Numbered from the stretch's first letter, positions 1-13,384 are shown. The stretch: DNA of 64,000 bases from Synergistales bacterium (GCA_963666205.1 OY762654.1:672001-736000), one strand, 5' to 3'. Notes: generated by a model from the sequence alone, not told the origin. Made by a program: numbers and translations.

Positions 1-264
1 TCCGTTGATGGTACCCCTTGAAGTGCTTCTGGGTGTTCTGACACCGGTAGAGCGTGGGAGCATGGAGTATTCTGCAGTTATCCACCCCTGGCCCGTACCT
101 TTTAAAAAAGATGGGACTTTGTCCTCTACCGAAGCTGTACAGATAACACGGGTATTTCCACAACTTATGAGCACAGAACCCTCAGCGTAGAGAGTATAAT
201 TCCTCTCTATGCTGACTTTTCTTAATTCATCATAAGCGCGTCTGTCTATCCTTTCAAATTTCAT
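1..264 (-). CDS. rph: Ribonuclease PH (5' part; runs off window start)
   Basis: Not in ORF track. Manual translation from ATG 264 (SD GGAGGAGG): [73 protein letters not shown], with RNase PH motifs AEGS, TRVIC and [11 protein letters not shown]. Confidence 0.93.
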   Translation of the reverse strand, partial: MKFERIDRRAYDELRKVSIERNYTLYAEGSVLISCGNTRVICTASVEDKVPSFLKGTGQGWITAEYSMLPRSTGVRTPRSTSRGTING

Positions 265-298
265 CCAATTTCCTCCTCCAAAAAACCGTACCTGTTCA

Positions 299-982
299 TC
301 AAGATGATGAAAGCTGCCAGGGAACAGAAAGGTCAACCGGATCTGCTCCAACAGGGACTCGACCCTCGATCATTATCCGGACCTTGGTAACAGGAGAAAA
401 ATTATCCACCATTGTTCTCACTATACTTGTCATGACAATAGCGGCCCGTTCTTTTTCTATCTTCTGGAGCGATCGAAGAAAGGGTTCATTCAAGTCTAGA
501 TACAGTATCTCTCCATTTCTGAAAACATGCAGAACTTCAATATCCTTCTGTAAATATCCTGCAGAGACTCCCGCCGTAACCAGGCTGGATATGACCTTTT
601 TAACATCATCCTCCATCAGACCAGAAAGTATGGGGACCTGTCTGGATGAGACACCTCCATCTGAAGGAACGTAAAGGTTAAACAGAATTTTTTTGGCAGG
701 AATACCTGCAGAAACTTCCTGAGAGTTTTCTTTTGATATGAGATCTGCTGTTTCCATAGAATTGGATACCACGTCCTCCTGTACGACTATGTCCTTTTTC
801 GTAAGGACCTTAAGTGCAAGGGAAGTACCACCATACCCAATACCGAAACAGACAATCACAAGGGATATCCAGGCAATAATCCTGAAAGGAAGAGGAGCCT
901 TCAATGTCGACTCCGATCTTCTTTTCTTTCTTGTTTTCAACACTTCCTTTTCGATATCAAACTGATCCTTTTCCTGTTCCAT
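299..982 (-). CDS. GerMN domain-containing membrane-anchored protein
   Basis: One N-terminal TM helix; C-terminal 'LYLDLNEPF...IVRTM...[10 protein letters not shown]' is GerMN-like; lies directly upstream of rph, as gerM often does. Confidence 0.7.
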   Translation of the reverse strand: MEQEKDQFDIEKEVLKTRKKRRSESTLKAPLPFRIIAWISLVIVCFGIGYGGTSLALKVLTKKDIVVQEDVVSNSMETADLISKENSQEVSAGIPAKKILFNLYVPSDGGVSSRQVPILSGLMEDDVKKVISSLVTAGVSAGYLQKDIEVLHVFRNGEILYLDLNEPFLRSLQKIEKERAAIVMTSIVRTMVDNFSPVTKVRIMIEGRVPVGADPVDLSVPWQLSSS

Positions 983-1081
983 AAATAGCGGATATAAACT
1001 GAAAATTCATTTCAGCCCTATCCAGACCCTCCTTTCGATAGCGACCTCGCATCATTAAACAAATTCTTCTCCTGGCTCGAA

Positions 1082-2707
1082 CTACATCTTTTCCAGGTAT
1101 GCATAAATACCTTCTGCAAGAGAAGCGGCAAGCTTTTCCTGGTAACTGGAGGATGCAAGAAGCCGTGCTTCTTTTTTTTCGGTGATAAATCCCGTTTCTA
1201 TCAATATGGCAGGCATTCCCGCACCTCTAAGAACATAGAAAGGAGCCTGTGCTACACGCCTCATGGGAAGCCCCTTCCTTTTCCCTGAACTGAAGAGCAC
1301 TTCTGCTACCTGGGTACTTTCATCGATCTTGGCATTCTGCTGCATATTACCCAGAATATTGAGAAGCATTCGTGTTTTTTTGTCTGAAGCCTGGATACTT
1401 TCAGCATTACCATCTCCATTGGCAAGCTCCTTGTTCTCAATAAGGGCAAGTTGCATGGCATCCTTATCGGTAGGTAGGGCCATAAGATAGATCTCCATAC
1501 CTGTGGCATGTCTTCCAGGGGGAAGGGCATTGGCATGAATGCTCACAAACATTGCAGCATTCCACTCATTGGCCAAATGGGTTCTCTCCTGAAGTCTGAG
1601 ATAACTGTCTCCCGTTCTGGTAAGTCTTGCAGGTATGCCCCTTCGTGTCAGATGGGAAACTATTCGTTTCGATATCTGAAGATTTATATCCTTCTCTCTT
1701 ATACCATTGGCTACCGCTCCAGGATCCTTCCCTCCATGGCCTGGATCAATAACAACAAGTTGAGAAGTTGCTGTACTGGAAATATTTTGTTTTCTGTCTT
1801 CCATGGATTTCCAATCTTTTAAAGTTGAAACAGGATTTTTTTGTACAGGATTTAACTGTCCGACCTTGTCCAGCATAAAATCGACAACCAGTCTTTGCGG
1901 ATCTTCAAGTCTGAAGTGCTGCACATTAACAGATGCGTGGCTAAGACTCAGGATAAAGCTGCTTCCATAGTTGGTTACCCCCGCTTTCACTACTGACGGA
2001 TAGGGGGAAAAGACATTGGCAGGGTTAAAGGAAGAAGAAAATGCGAATGGGATCTCCAGCCTGCCCGACAATGTTTTTATATCAGGAAAATCCTTTCCGG
2101 CAAGATCAAGAACAAGCCTCACCTTATCCTCATATTTCCCCCATCTGAGGTCTCTCAGTCTTGCACTGGGAGCCTTTATGACAGGTGTTTTGTCGTTTGT
2201 TGTTTCAACAGTCATCAAAGAACCTGCGATATTGTCATTTTGACCGGAAGGACTTATCGGACCGCCAGGAGAAGGATCACCCATTTCGGATCCTTTCCAT
2301 GCTATAGACTGGCCTTTTCCCACCGAATTAAGAAGCATCTGCATTATTTTCAGAGCTGATCTTGAATCCATCCACCATCGCTGCCCATCAAAAGATGCAG
2401 GAGCTGCAAGCGGGACAAGCTGGACATTAAACCATACAGCAGCTGCATCTTTAACTACCTGCACCTTATCCTTCCCGACACTGATAACCAGAGTATCATC
2501 CTTGGGCTTAAGGTTAAATTCAAGTAATTCTCCCATCTTGCCCAGGGAAACAAAGACATTCCCGCCCCGGGAATCCACCGGAACTACTCCAAGTGATCTC
2601 CCATTCAGCCACAGTTTCCAGCCTTCGGATGCAGAGTAAGAAGAAGAACAGAACAGAAAAAGGCAGAAAAACACCAGGAAGGAATTAAATACCAGCCGCC
2701 GCAACAT
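1082..2707 (-). CDS. N-acetylmuramoyl-L-alanine amidase (Amidase_3, AMIN-like domains)
   Basis: Signal peptide from Met at 2707; motifs VVIDPGHGGKDPGA, EKDINL, FVSIHAN, PAILIETGFIT; AMIN-like RLVLDL and PQRLVVDF. Confidence 0.9.
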   Translation of the reverse strand: MLRRLVFNSFLVFFCLFLFCSSSYSASEGWKLWLNGRSLGVVPVDSRGGNVFVSLGKMGELLEFNLKPKDDTLVISVGKDKVQVVKDAAAVWFNVQLVPLAAPASFDGQRWWMDSRSALKIMQMLLNSVGKGQSIAWKGSEMGDPSPGGPISPSGQNDNIAGSLMTVETTNDKTPVIKAPSARLRDLRWGKYEDKVRLVLDLAGKDFPDIKTLSGRLEIPFAFSSSFNPANVFSPYPSVVKAGVTNYGSSFILSLSHASVNVQHFRLEDPQRLVVDFMLDKVGQLNPVQKNPVSTLKDWKSMEDRKQNISSTATSQLVVIDPGHGGKDPGAVANGIREKDINLQISKRIVSHLTRRGIPARLTRTGDSYLRLQERTHLANEWNAAMFVSIHANALPPGRHATGMEIYLMALPTDKDAMQLALIENKELANGDGNAESIQASDKKTRMLLNILGNMQQNAKIDESTQVAEVLFSSGKRKGLPMRRVAQAPFYVLRGAGMPAILIETGFITEKKEARLLASSSYQEKLAASLAEGIYAYLEKM

Positions 2708-4046
2708 CTCGCACCACCAAAGTACATCCCCCGATATTTCCAAAGAACCGGAGGTCATTACCGATAATATCTATTTTATCAAGAAGCTCCAGGATGTTTC
2801 CCGCGATTGTCATACCTGATACAGGAGACCTGAATTTGCCATCCTCAATGAAGGTTCCCTTGATCCCGAGAGAAAAATCTCCGCTTACCGGGTCTATTGT
2901 ATGGAGACCAAGGAGTTCAAGTACGTAGATAGCCTTTCCGGCTGATGAAACAATATTGTCATGGCTTGCAGTTCCTGGCACGATATACAGGTTGCTGATA
3001 TCGACATCCGGAAGAGAAGAGATTCCCCTTGCGGCATTTCCTGTCGATACTACTCCATCTATTTTCGCGTATTTCAGATTGTATAGATATGATTGAACAA
3101 CCCCGTCTTCAAGTATGACAGTGCGAGTGGTGGGACATCCCTCTCCATCAAAGGGGGATGAAGCCGCACCCCAGGGGATGGTACCGTCATCAATAAGGGT
3201 AACAGACCCTGCTGCGATCTTTTTGCCAAGACTTTCCTTAAGGAGGGATTTATTCTTGTGGATGTTAGGAGCAAGGAAGAGCTCTCCCAATACTTCTATG
3301 AATGAGGCGGTAGTTTCAGGATCAAGGAGTAGATCATACTTACCTGTAGGCAAAGGAGTACCGTCTAGAATAGCAAGGGTCCTTTGAACTGCCTGAGAAG
3401 AGATTTCACAGGGGTTAAGAGATGCCAGTAACCGTGATTCATCACCATAGCCTCCCATCTCCATGCCATTTTCGCCTTTGAGGACTACCGCTACTCCACA
3501 ACTTGCTGAACTGCCTCTGTACCAGCCAGAGAAACCGGAACTTGATAAATAAAGTATCTCACCCTGCCCATCCGCCCAGGATGCGCTTCTGACAGATTCC
3601 ACTCGAGGATCTGCCGAACGGGCTATTTCTGTCATTTGAGAACAGACTTCCATACGATACTCAGGATCGATCTTTTCTATCTCCGGATCTTCCATTTCCA
3701 GATCATAAGATGGAGATGGACCATCATAAAGGCATATATCAGGGTCCGGCTCAGACACCCTGCAGTTGTTCCAGCTCCAATTGAGGAGGGAATCAAGATC
3801 ATCCTTTTCCATACTGCTCACATAGGCTATTCCCTGTCTTCCCTGTGAGTCTATTGTCCTCAGTCCAATACCAATACTATAGCCAGTTGTATTCTCTTCG
3901 GGTTGACCTTCCCTGAGGCTTAACAGATGCCCCCTCCTTGCACTGAAGAGGACATCTGAACCTATGGCACCCAGAACCCTGGACCTGTCAATAAGATAAT
4001 GAGCCCTGTCTTCTACCTTATCTCGGGAAAAGAACTTCAAGACCAA
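2685..4046 (-). CDS. TldD/PmbA family protein (PmbA/TldE-like)
   Basis: PFDGEG, STGNAARG, SGDFSLG, GMTIAGN motifs; no HExxH; TTG start with SD GAGGTG. Confidence 0.85.
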   Translation of the reverse strand: MVLKFFSRDKVEDRAHYLIDRSRVLGAIGSDVLFSARRGHLLSLREGQPEENTTGYSIGIGLRTIDSQGRQGIAYVSSMEKDDLDSLLNWSWNNCRVSEPDPDICLYDGPSPSYDLEMEDPEIEKIDPEYRMEVCSQMTEIARSADPRVESVRSASWADGQGEILYLSSSGFSGWYRGSSASCGVAVVLKGENGMEMGGYGDESRLLASLNPCEISSQAVQRTLAILDGTPLPTGKYDLLLDPETTASFIEVLGELFLAPNIHKNKSLLKESLGKKIAAGSVTLIDDGTIPWGAASSPFDGEGCPTTRTVILEDGVVQSYLYNLKYAKIDGVVSTGNAARGISSLPDVDISNLYIVPGTASHDNIVSSAGKAIYVLELLGLHTIDPVSGDFSLGIKGTFIEDGKFRSPVSGMTIAGNILELLDKIDIIGNDLRFFGNIGGCTLVVRDVAAAGI

Positions 4047-5070
4047 TATTGCACCTCTTTGGCTATGATATTGGCTGCCTGGATAACCTGTTCCCTGGAT
4101 ACATCAATATGAGTTACAAGCCGGAAACGGCCAGGTTCTACACTGTTGAACTGTACTCCCTTGAGAAACAGGAACTCAGGAACTTGTCTTCATCAAGGGA
4201 AGAAGGGGTCTTGAAGAAGACCATGTTCGTGCTTTGGGGACTTTCTTCGACTTCTATCCCTGTATCGGCAAGGATACCAGCCATCATAGCGGCGTTACAA
4301 TGATCTTCTGCGAGCCTTTCAATATTGTTTTCAAGAGCATAAAGGCCCCCTGCTGCAATAATACCAGCCTGACGCATTCCCCCACCTACTTTTTTACGCC
4401 AGTAACGTGCCTCATCAATGAAAGTCGAAGATGCACATATCAGTGAACCGACAGGTGCTCCCAGTCCTTTGGAAAGACATATCTGAACGGAGTCGACATG
4501 GGTGGTATACTCATCAGCACCAACATTCCATGCGGCCGCTGCATTGAAGATCCTGGCACCGTCAAGGTGAATTGCAAGACCCATTTCCCTTGCCCCATCC
4601 GCAACTTCCTGAAAAGTTGAAGGAGAAACAGCTATGCCTCCTCCTTTATTATGGGTGTTCTCCAGGCATAGAAGTCTTGCGGGAGCGAAGTGGACATTGG
4701 CGGGTCTGCACCAGTGAGAGATATCTTCGAGTGAAGGAATCCCCTGGCTGTCATTTACTGTGAGGGGAAGGATACCTCCAAGGGCGGACATCCCACCTGC
4801 TTCATAGTAATAGATGTGGCTCTTCTGCCCCAGAATAGCTCCATCTCCAGGAGAGCAATGGGTCAGGAGGGAAACCAGGTTGCCCATGGTACCCGAAACG
4901 ACAAAAAGGGCGGCCTCTTTACCGGTCAGAGCTGCTGCTTTTTCTTCAAGAGCAATGACGGTCGGATCCTCTCCATAAACGTCATCTCCAACTTCAGCCT
5001 CGTACATGGCTTTGCGCATTTCTTCACCAGGTTTTGTGACTGTATCACTTTTCAGGTCTATAACTGCCAT
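4037..5070 (-). pseudogene. ltaE: Low-specificity L-threonine aldolase, frameshifted near the 3' end (real mutation or sequence error)
   Basis: IDLKSDTVT, GDDVYGEDP, SGTMGN, LENTHN, HLDGARIFNA, CLSKGLGAPVGS. The ORF stops at 4138, but the conserved tail (KGVQFNSVEPGRFRLVTHIDVSREQVIQAANIIAKEVQYWS*) continues in the adjacent frame to 4037. Confidence 0.8.
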
Positions 5071-5293
5071 GTCAATCTCCCCCTGTTCAGAAATTTAAAG
5101 GTTTAACTGCATAAGGAATTCCGAATGATTTTAACACAAGGATCAAGAAAGTAACTCCGCAGATATTGTATGACAGGCAAAAAGAGATAACAACTGCCTT
5201 CTTTCAGGTTCCCAATTTATATATCCCCAACACATTTACTTATAGAAAAGTAGCTCTCATTCTATTTCGGGGCTGTAATACTGCTCCCCTGAT

Positions 5294-6121
5294 CTAAAGA
5301 GTGACATTCAATCGGGCCCATGGAAGAAAATCGTCCCTCACCAGCATCCCAAGATCGGTTCCCTGCCTGTTGTTGCCATGGAAATCAGTTCCGGCTGTAG
5401 GAAAAAGATCCATTCGAGATGCCACCTGGAGATACCGGAGGATGGCCTGAGAACTATAACCAGGATATACACACTCCATTCCCCATAAACCCATCTCCTT
5501 CAATTCTGCAAGAATAGAGAGGAGGCTTTCCTCATCCAGGGTAGTCTGTGAAGGATGAGCAAGGACAGGAAGTCCTCCTGATTGAGTAATAGCGTCTATG
5601 CATTCCCGGGGAGAAAGTTTTACTCTGTCAACATAAGCAGAAGCCCCTCTTGCCAGATATTCCATGAAAGCTGCATGCATATTTCGGGAATATCCTTTTC
5701 TGACAAGGATCCTGGCAAAATGGGGTCTGGCTATAACATCCCCCCCAGCTTCTCTTAGGAGTTCCTCATAGCTGATCTTTATACCCTTCTGAAGGAGTTT
5801 TTCCAGTATGATCCGGTTTCTTTCATTCCTGTGACATCTGAGTGCTGCAAGTTTTTCTTCCAGCGCTGAAGTATCTTTCCCGATCCGATACCCCAGGATG
5901 TGTAATGTAGAGGGGTATCGGGCAGAAAGCTCCACGCCCCTTATCCCTTTTATGCCATGTTTAATGCAGGCCCTGCTAAAATCATTTAAACCATCGAGAG
6001 TATCATGATCGGTAAGGCTAAGGACACTTATCTTCTTTTTTTTTGCCCGGATAACAAGCTGTAATGGGGAAAGGGTACCATCTGAATAAGTGCTGTGGGT
6101 ATGAAGATCTATTACCATCAT
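5294..6121 (-). CDS. PHP domain metal-dependent phosphoesterase (YciV/TrpH-like)
   Basis: DLHTHSTYSDG, LTDHDT, GVELS, HILGY, LAHP, GTDFHG. Confidence 0.9.
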   Translation of the reverse strand: MMVIDLHTHSTYSDGTLSPLQLVIRAKKKKISVLSLTDHDTLDGLNDFSRACIKHGIKGIRGVELSARYPSTLHILGYRIGKDTSALEEKLAALRCHRNERNRIILEKLLQKGIKISYEELLREAGGDVIARPHFARILVRKGYSRNMHAAFMEYLARGASAYVDRVKLSPRECIDAITQSGGLPVLAHPSQTTLDEESLLSILAELKEMGLWGMECVYPGYSSQAILRYLQVASRMDLFPTAGTDFHGNNRQGTDLGMLVRDDFLPWARLNVTL

Positions 6122-6157
6122 CTTGCCAGGACTCCTTATCGAGAAATATGAATCACA

Positions 6158-6700
6158 TTACCATTCCTGTCTATGAAGGACATCTCCCTGAAGGGTTATT
6201 ATCCTGATTTCCCTGTCCGTTAATGTGGCAACGCTCTCAGGATCACGTCCTTTGGGGAGGCTTGCCGAACCGGGATTCAGGTATGTGATCTCATTTTCCA
6301 CAATTAGAGAAGCAACATGGGTATGTCCGGTAATAACAAGGTGAGGTTTAAATTCCATGGCAAGACTCCTGATTTTTGAAAAATCAGTACCATGGGATAC
6401 CAGGATAAATCGACCTTGCCACCAGATAGTGACAAAAGGAGACAGGAGAGGCCACTTTATAAGGTCCTGGTCCACATCAGCATCACAATTTCCCCTGGCT
6501 ATCAGAATTGGAACTTCAGATCTATTCATGGCTGCAGGTAAGGCAAGAGTGTCATACCCTTCCGTAATAACATTTTTCGGACCATGGTAAAGGATATCTC
6601 CACAATGTATCACTGCCTCTACGTCAGTCCATATATTCCATGCTTTTTTCCAGGCGCTCAGACTTCCATGAGTATCAGAAATAACACCTATAGTATTCAC
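6158..6700 (-). CDS. YfcE-family metallophosphoesterase
   Basis: ISDTHG, HCGDILYHGP, RGNCD, GHTH, NPGS; start overlaps the stop of the upstream gene (GTGA). Confidence 0.9.
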   Translation of the reverse strand: MNTIGVISDTHGSLSAWKKAWNIWTDVEAVIHCGDILYHGPKNVITEGYDTLALPAAMNRSEVPILIARGNCDADVDQDLIKWPLLSPFVTIWWQGRFILVSHGTDFSKIRSLAMEFKPHLVITGHTHVASLIVENEITYLNPGSASLPKGRDPESVATLTDREIRIITLQGDVLHRQEW

Positions 6701-7746
6701 TTTTTCTTCTTTCCCCCTTTCCAGATAGAGATAATATCCCTTAAGACTGCATAAGCAGTTTCTCGAGAACCTGCTCCTGCTCCTTTAACACATACCTCTC
6801 CAAGGGTATCTGTAAGAAAAAGAGCTCCATTTGTTACACCCGAAACAGAATGGAGGGGATGGTTGGACGGCAGGACTGAAGGTCGAACCCTGATTCTCAA
6901 AGTTCCATTATCCCTTTCAACACAAGCAACCAGTCGGACTGATCCACCAAATCTCTGGGCTTCTTCGAACATCCTGGGACTAACAGAACGAATCCCCTTT
7001 ACCTCCATTTCTTCGAATGGAATGTAGGGAGCTCCCATAACAGCCTGGGCAACTATGGATGCCTTCACGGCCGAATCCCAGCCATCAACGTCCAGTACAG
7101 GATCCGGTTCGGCATATCCCCTCCTCCTTGCCTCAAGAAGGGCATCATCAAAACCGGACCCATTAGACATAAGGCCAAGAATGTAATTGGATGTACCGTT
7201 TACAACCCCTTCAAAACTCTGTATCTCACAACCACAGAGACATTCGCTGGCAAATGAAAAAAGAGGCGTTCCTGCCATTACAGTACCTTCGAAAAGGCAC
7301 TTTACGCCCTTGGAAAAAGCCAGTTCACGGATTTCATGAAAATAGTGAAAGATGGGACCCTTGTTTGAAGTCACCACATGCTTTTCTCTTTTCAGTGCTT
7401 TCTCTAAGAAGGAAAAAGCTGGCTGACCGCTTTCGATCTGGAATGGAGTTGTCTCTACAAGAAGATCATATTCCCCATCCGAAAGGAGATCTTCTACAGT
7501 CAGGCCCACAGAGAAACCGGATTGAGATGAAGAGTCCACTCTTCCTGTAAAGTTCTCTGACCTGAGAAGGGACCCGAGTTCAAGCCCGGATTCTTTGTAG
7601 ACAGTACCTTTTGATCTGGTCCCGACTCCAACAACAGACAATTCGAGGTCGAACTTTTTTTTCAGAAGGTCACGCTTGGAATCTATCAATGCAACAAGGT
7701 TGTGTCCCACATTTCCAAAACCCAGAAGCAATATTCTAAAGGACAT
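6697..7746 (-). CDS. hom: Homoserine dehydrogenase (no ACT domain)
   Basis: GFGNVG Rossmann motif, VVTSNKGP, EGTVMAGTP, NGTSNYIL, GYAEPDP-DVDGWD, GAGAG. Start placed at MSFRILL (7746). Confidence 0.88.
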   Translation of the reverse strand: MSFRILLLGFGNVGHNLVALIDSKRDLLKKKFDLELSVVGVGTRSKGTVYKESGLELGSLLRSENFTGRVDSSSQSGFSVGLTVEDLLSDGEYDLLVETTPFQIESGQPAFSFLEKALKREKHVVTSNKGPIFHYFHEIRELAFSKGVKCLFEGTVMAGTPLFSFASECLCGCEIQSFEGVVNGTSNYILGLMSNGSGFDDALLEARRRGYAEPDPVLDVDGWDSAVKASIVAQAVMGAPYIPFEEMEVKGIRSVSPRMFEEAQRFGGSVRLVACVERDNGTLRIRVRPSVLPSNHPLHSVSGVTNGALFLTDTLGEVCVKGAGAGSRETAYAVLRDIISIWKGGKKKK

Positions 7747-7932
7747 TAAAAAGATCTCCCCCTTGTAATTCGGGTTGGGAAAAAACATTTTATGATTGAT
7801 AATGGAAAATATGGTAATCTATGTATCTGCTTGATATGGGTTATATCCTATTATATAGACAATAGGATCACAATAAAGTTAATCTTTTAGCAAGCCCTTT
7901 TGTTTTCATAGTGGATAAAGGAGGAATTTACA

Positions 7933-8307
7933 TTGAAGGAATTAGACAAGGGCTCCGAAGAATTGTTTGAAGACTGTAAACGGATTATAGACTCTACAAG
8001 CCTCGTTACTGCCCGGATGATAGAGTCTATTGTGAGAAATTCCCAATTGGCAAGTTCCACTACACCAGAAATGCTGGAGATGTTCCAGAGTTGGCTGAAA
8101 CTTGTTTCCGGCGAGGTTATCAGAAATATCGGAAATGATCCAAAAGATATCAATATAGAGGAAACCGCAGGCCGAATAGGTCTTACCTCGGCAACGCTCC
8201 TGTCTCTCCTGTTATATCTTCACCGGAATGGAAGTATAAAGATCTCCGGAATAACCATTGAAAGGGAGTCAGGAGACAATACGGAGATATGTCACGATCT
8301 GATATAG
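7933..8307 (+). CDS. Hypothetical protein, possible C-terminal winged helix
   Basis: 124-aa ORF, TTG start with strong SD AAGGAGG; HTH-like stretch IEETAGRIGLTSATLLSLLLYLHRNG; followed by a long hairpin. Confidence 0.65.
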   Translation: MKELDKGSEELFEDCKRIIDSTSLVTARMIESIVRNSQLASSTTPEMLEMFQSWLKLVSGEVIRNIGNDPKDINIEETAGRIGLTSATLLSLLLYLHRNGSIKISGITIERESGDNTEICHDLI

Positions 8308-8356
8308 AATAACGAATGGGCCGATTACGATGATCGGCCCATTCGTTATTCTATAT
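8302..8356. terminator. Long inverted repeat between convergent genes (probable bidirectional terminator)
   Basis: Perfect 24-bp arms ATATAGAATAACGAATGGGCCGAT / ATCGGCCCATTCGTTATTCTATAT with a 7-nt loop. Confidence 0.7.
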
Positions 8357-8370
8357 TTTAAACAACCAGT

Positions 8371-9765
8371 TTATACAAATAGACTATTTACAGGACCAGC
8401 ACCGCTGTAGAAATCAGCCATTTTGGAACGGATATCAGTGGGGGTAGTCACCATAAGCTCAATATTCAGGCCTGTAAAAGTACGAAGTTCATCAATAGCG
8501 AGAAGATTAAGTGGTTCAGCTATCGCTATCCTGAGAATGGAATTACCCTCTATTGAAAGGGGTATTACTTCCAGCCTTTGAGCAAGAATTTGCGGAACAA
8601 GGTTAAGGGCTTCAGGAGAAGGCCTGTAATGTCCCAGAGATATCATGGGTAGCCCAAGTTGGGCGCTTATTGCCCTTGCAAGCTGTTTTTCGGTTATTAC
8701 GCCGTTTTTGATAAAGATGTCACCAAGACGCATCCGGTTGACCCTTTGCTCTTCTAATCCATCATTAAGCTGACTACGGGTGAGAACACCATCATTCATA
8801 AGCAGATCTCCAAGAAGAGCCCCTTTCTGGGTTATTCTCTCGGAAATAAGCCCCTCCATTTCAATAACCCTGTAGAACCTGGGTAATTCCCTTCTCAAGG
8901 CTGAGGGGAGAGCCAATACATACTCAATATTGCATTGGGTGAGTGTTCTAAGCTCTTCTACTGCAGAAGCGCTTAAAAGATTGGAGACAGCAAGCTGTAA
9001 TACATTACCCTGCAAAACAGAGAGAGGCAGGACTGCATATTTTTCAGCAAAGGAACGGGGAACTTTTTTTAATGCTGGTGGGGAAGGTTCATGGCTGGCA
9101 AGGAGAACCATGGGAATGTGCAATTGTCTACTCATGGCATCCGTGAGTTGAAGTTCATTTATCCATTGATGCTCAACTATTATCTCACCCAGTTTTTTAC
9201 CTGAGGTTTTCTGTTCTTCAAGGGCCATATTAAGCTGTTTTTCTGATATAAGGCCAGCAGTAAAAAGAACCTCGCCGAGACGAAAGCTTTTTTCAGATTC
9301 AAAACTGGCATGAGCACAGTTCTTGAGCCTGTAAAACCTGTCTATAGCAGCTTTGATATCAGAACAGGTCGCTACAGCAAGTTCTACCTCAAGACCGGTT
9401 ATAAGGTGGATTTCATCAATCGCGAGCACATTAAGTGGTTCCGAGATGGCAATTCTGAGCTTGCTTTCATCTAATATCTCGATAGGAAAGATATCCAGTC
9501 TTTCTGCCACATTGCTGGGTATAAGTTCTATGGCGGCAGTTTCAGGTATTATTTCCGGAAGACTTATGAATGGAATAAAAAGCTGTTGGCTTATCCCTTT
9601 CATAAGGCCAATTTCAGAAATCCATCCATTGGAAACAAGGATTTCCCCAAGGCGTTTTCGTGTTGTTTTCTGTTGGGTCAAAGCCGAGTCCAGCTGGGCT
9701 TCAGTTATCAGACCGTGAGCTACAAGGACACTCCCCAGAAGATTACTTTTACCATGATAATCCAT
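8371..9765 (-). CDS. Protein of three tandem MshEN/GSPII_E-N modules (putative c-di-GMP receptor), no ATPase domain
   Basis: Three ~155-aa repeats, each opening with two (R/K/L)LGxx(L/I)xxxGxIxxxQLxxALxxQ-type motifs; no Walker A/B. Confidence 0.8.
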   Translation of the reverse strand: MDYHGKSNLLGSVLVAHGLITEAQLDSALTQQKTTRKRLGEILVSNGWISEIGLMKGISQQLFIPFISLPEIIPETAAIELIPSNVAERLDIFPIEILDESKLRIAISEPLNVLAIDEIHLITGLEVELAVATCSDIKAAIDRFYRLKNCAHASFESEKSFRLGEVLFTAGLISEKQLNMALEEQKTSGKKLGEIIVEHQWINELQLTDAMSRQLHIPMVLLASHEPSPPALKKVPRSFAEKYAVLPLSVLQGNVLQLAVSNLLSASAVEELRTLTQCNIEYVLALPSALRRELPRFYRVIEMEGLISERITQKGALLGDLLMNDGVLTRSQLNDGLEEQRVNRMRLGDIFIKNGVITEKQLARAISAQLGLPMISLGHYRPSPEALNLVPQILAQRLEVIPLSIEGNSILRIAIAEPLNLLAIDELRTFTGLNIELMVTTPTDIRSKMADFYSGAGPVNSLFV

Positions 9766-10037
9766 TAGGTCAACCTCTCTCCTCTGTAATATACCGATAC
9801 AGCCAGACAGTACATATTTTCTTTTTATCAGTTAATAAGTATATCACTTATTTCCGACACTCGTTAAATGATATTAATATGTGAATATTAAGCAATATAT
9901 AATATATAACTAGTTAGAAAACAAGGGGAGGAAAGAACAGAGACAAAGAAGACTTTTCAATTATTCCAGGGAAAGATCGGGAATAGGGAATCCTGAAAAG
10001 ACTGGACCAGATATCATGTTTACCATAAGAAAAAGAC

Positions 10038-10154
10038 CTCTGGCAGCGACCTACTCTCCCACGGATACCCTCCGCAGTACCATCGGCGCTGGAGGGCTTA
10101 ACTGCCGGGTTCGGCATGGAACCGGGTGTACCCCCTCCGCTATTACCACCAGAG
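10038..10154 (-). rRNA. rrf: 5S rRNA (distal copy)
   Basis: Reverse complement has 5S hallmarks (CACCCGGTTCCATGCCGAACCCGGCAGTTAAG...GGGAGAGTAGGTCGCTGCCAG). Confidence 0.95.
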
Positions 10155-10204
10155 ATCTTCTAAAAGAAATCAGCACTTAAAGTTGTGTAAAAAGCAAAAA
10201 AGGT

Positions 10205-10321
10205 TTCTGGCAGCGACCTACTCTCCCACGGATACCCTCCGCAGTACCATCGGCGCTGGAGGGCTTAACTGCCGGGTTCGGCATGGAACCGGGTGTACCC
10301 CCTCCGCTATTACCACCAGAA
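10205..10321 (-). rRNA. rrf: 5S rRNA (proximal copy)
   Basis: 10206-10320 is identical to 10039-10153. Confidence 0.95.
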
Positions 10322-10390
10322 ACCTTATTTAAATCTATACCCGTACGGGTCAAGACAGAAGAACAAGGTGTTTTACTTAAATCAGTAGAA

Positions 10391-13384
<2,994 letters not shown>

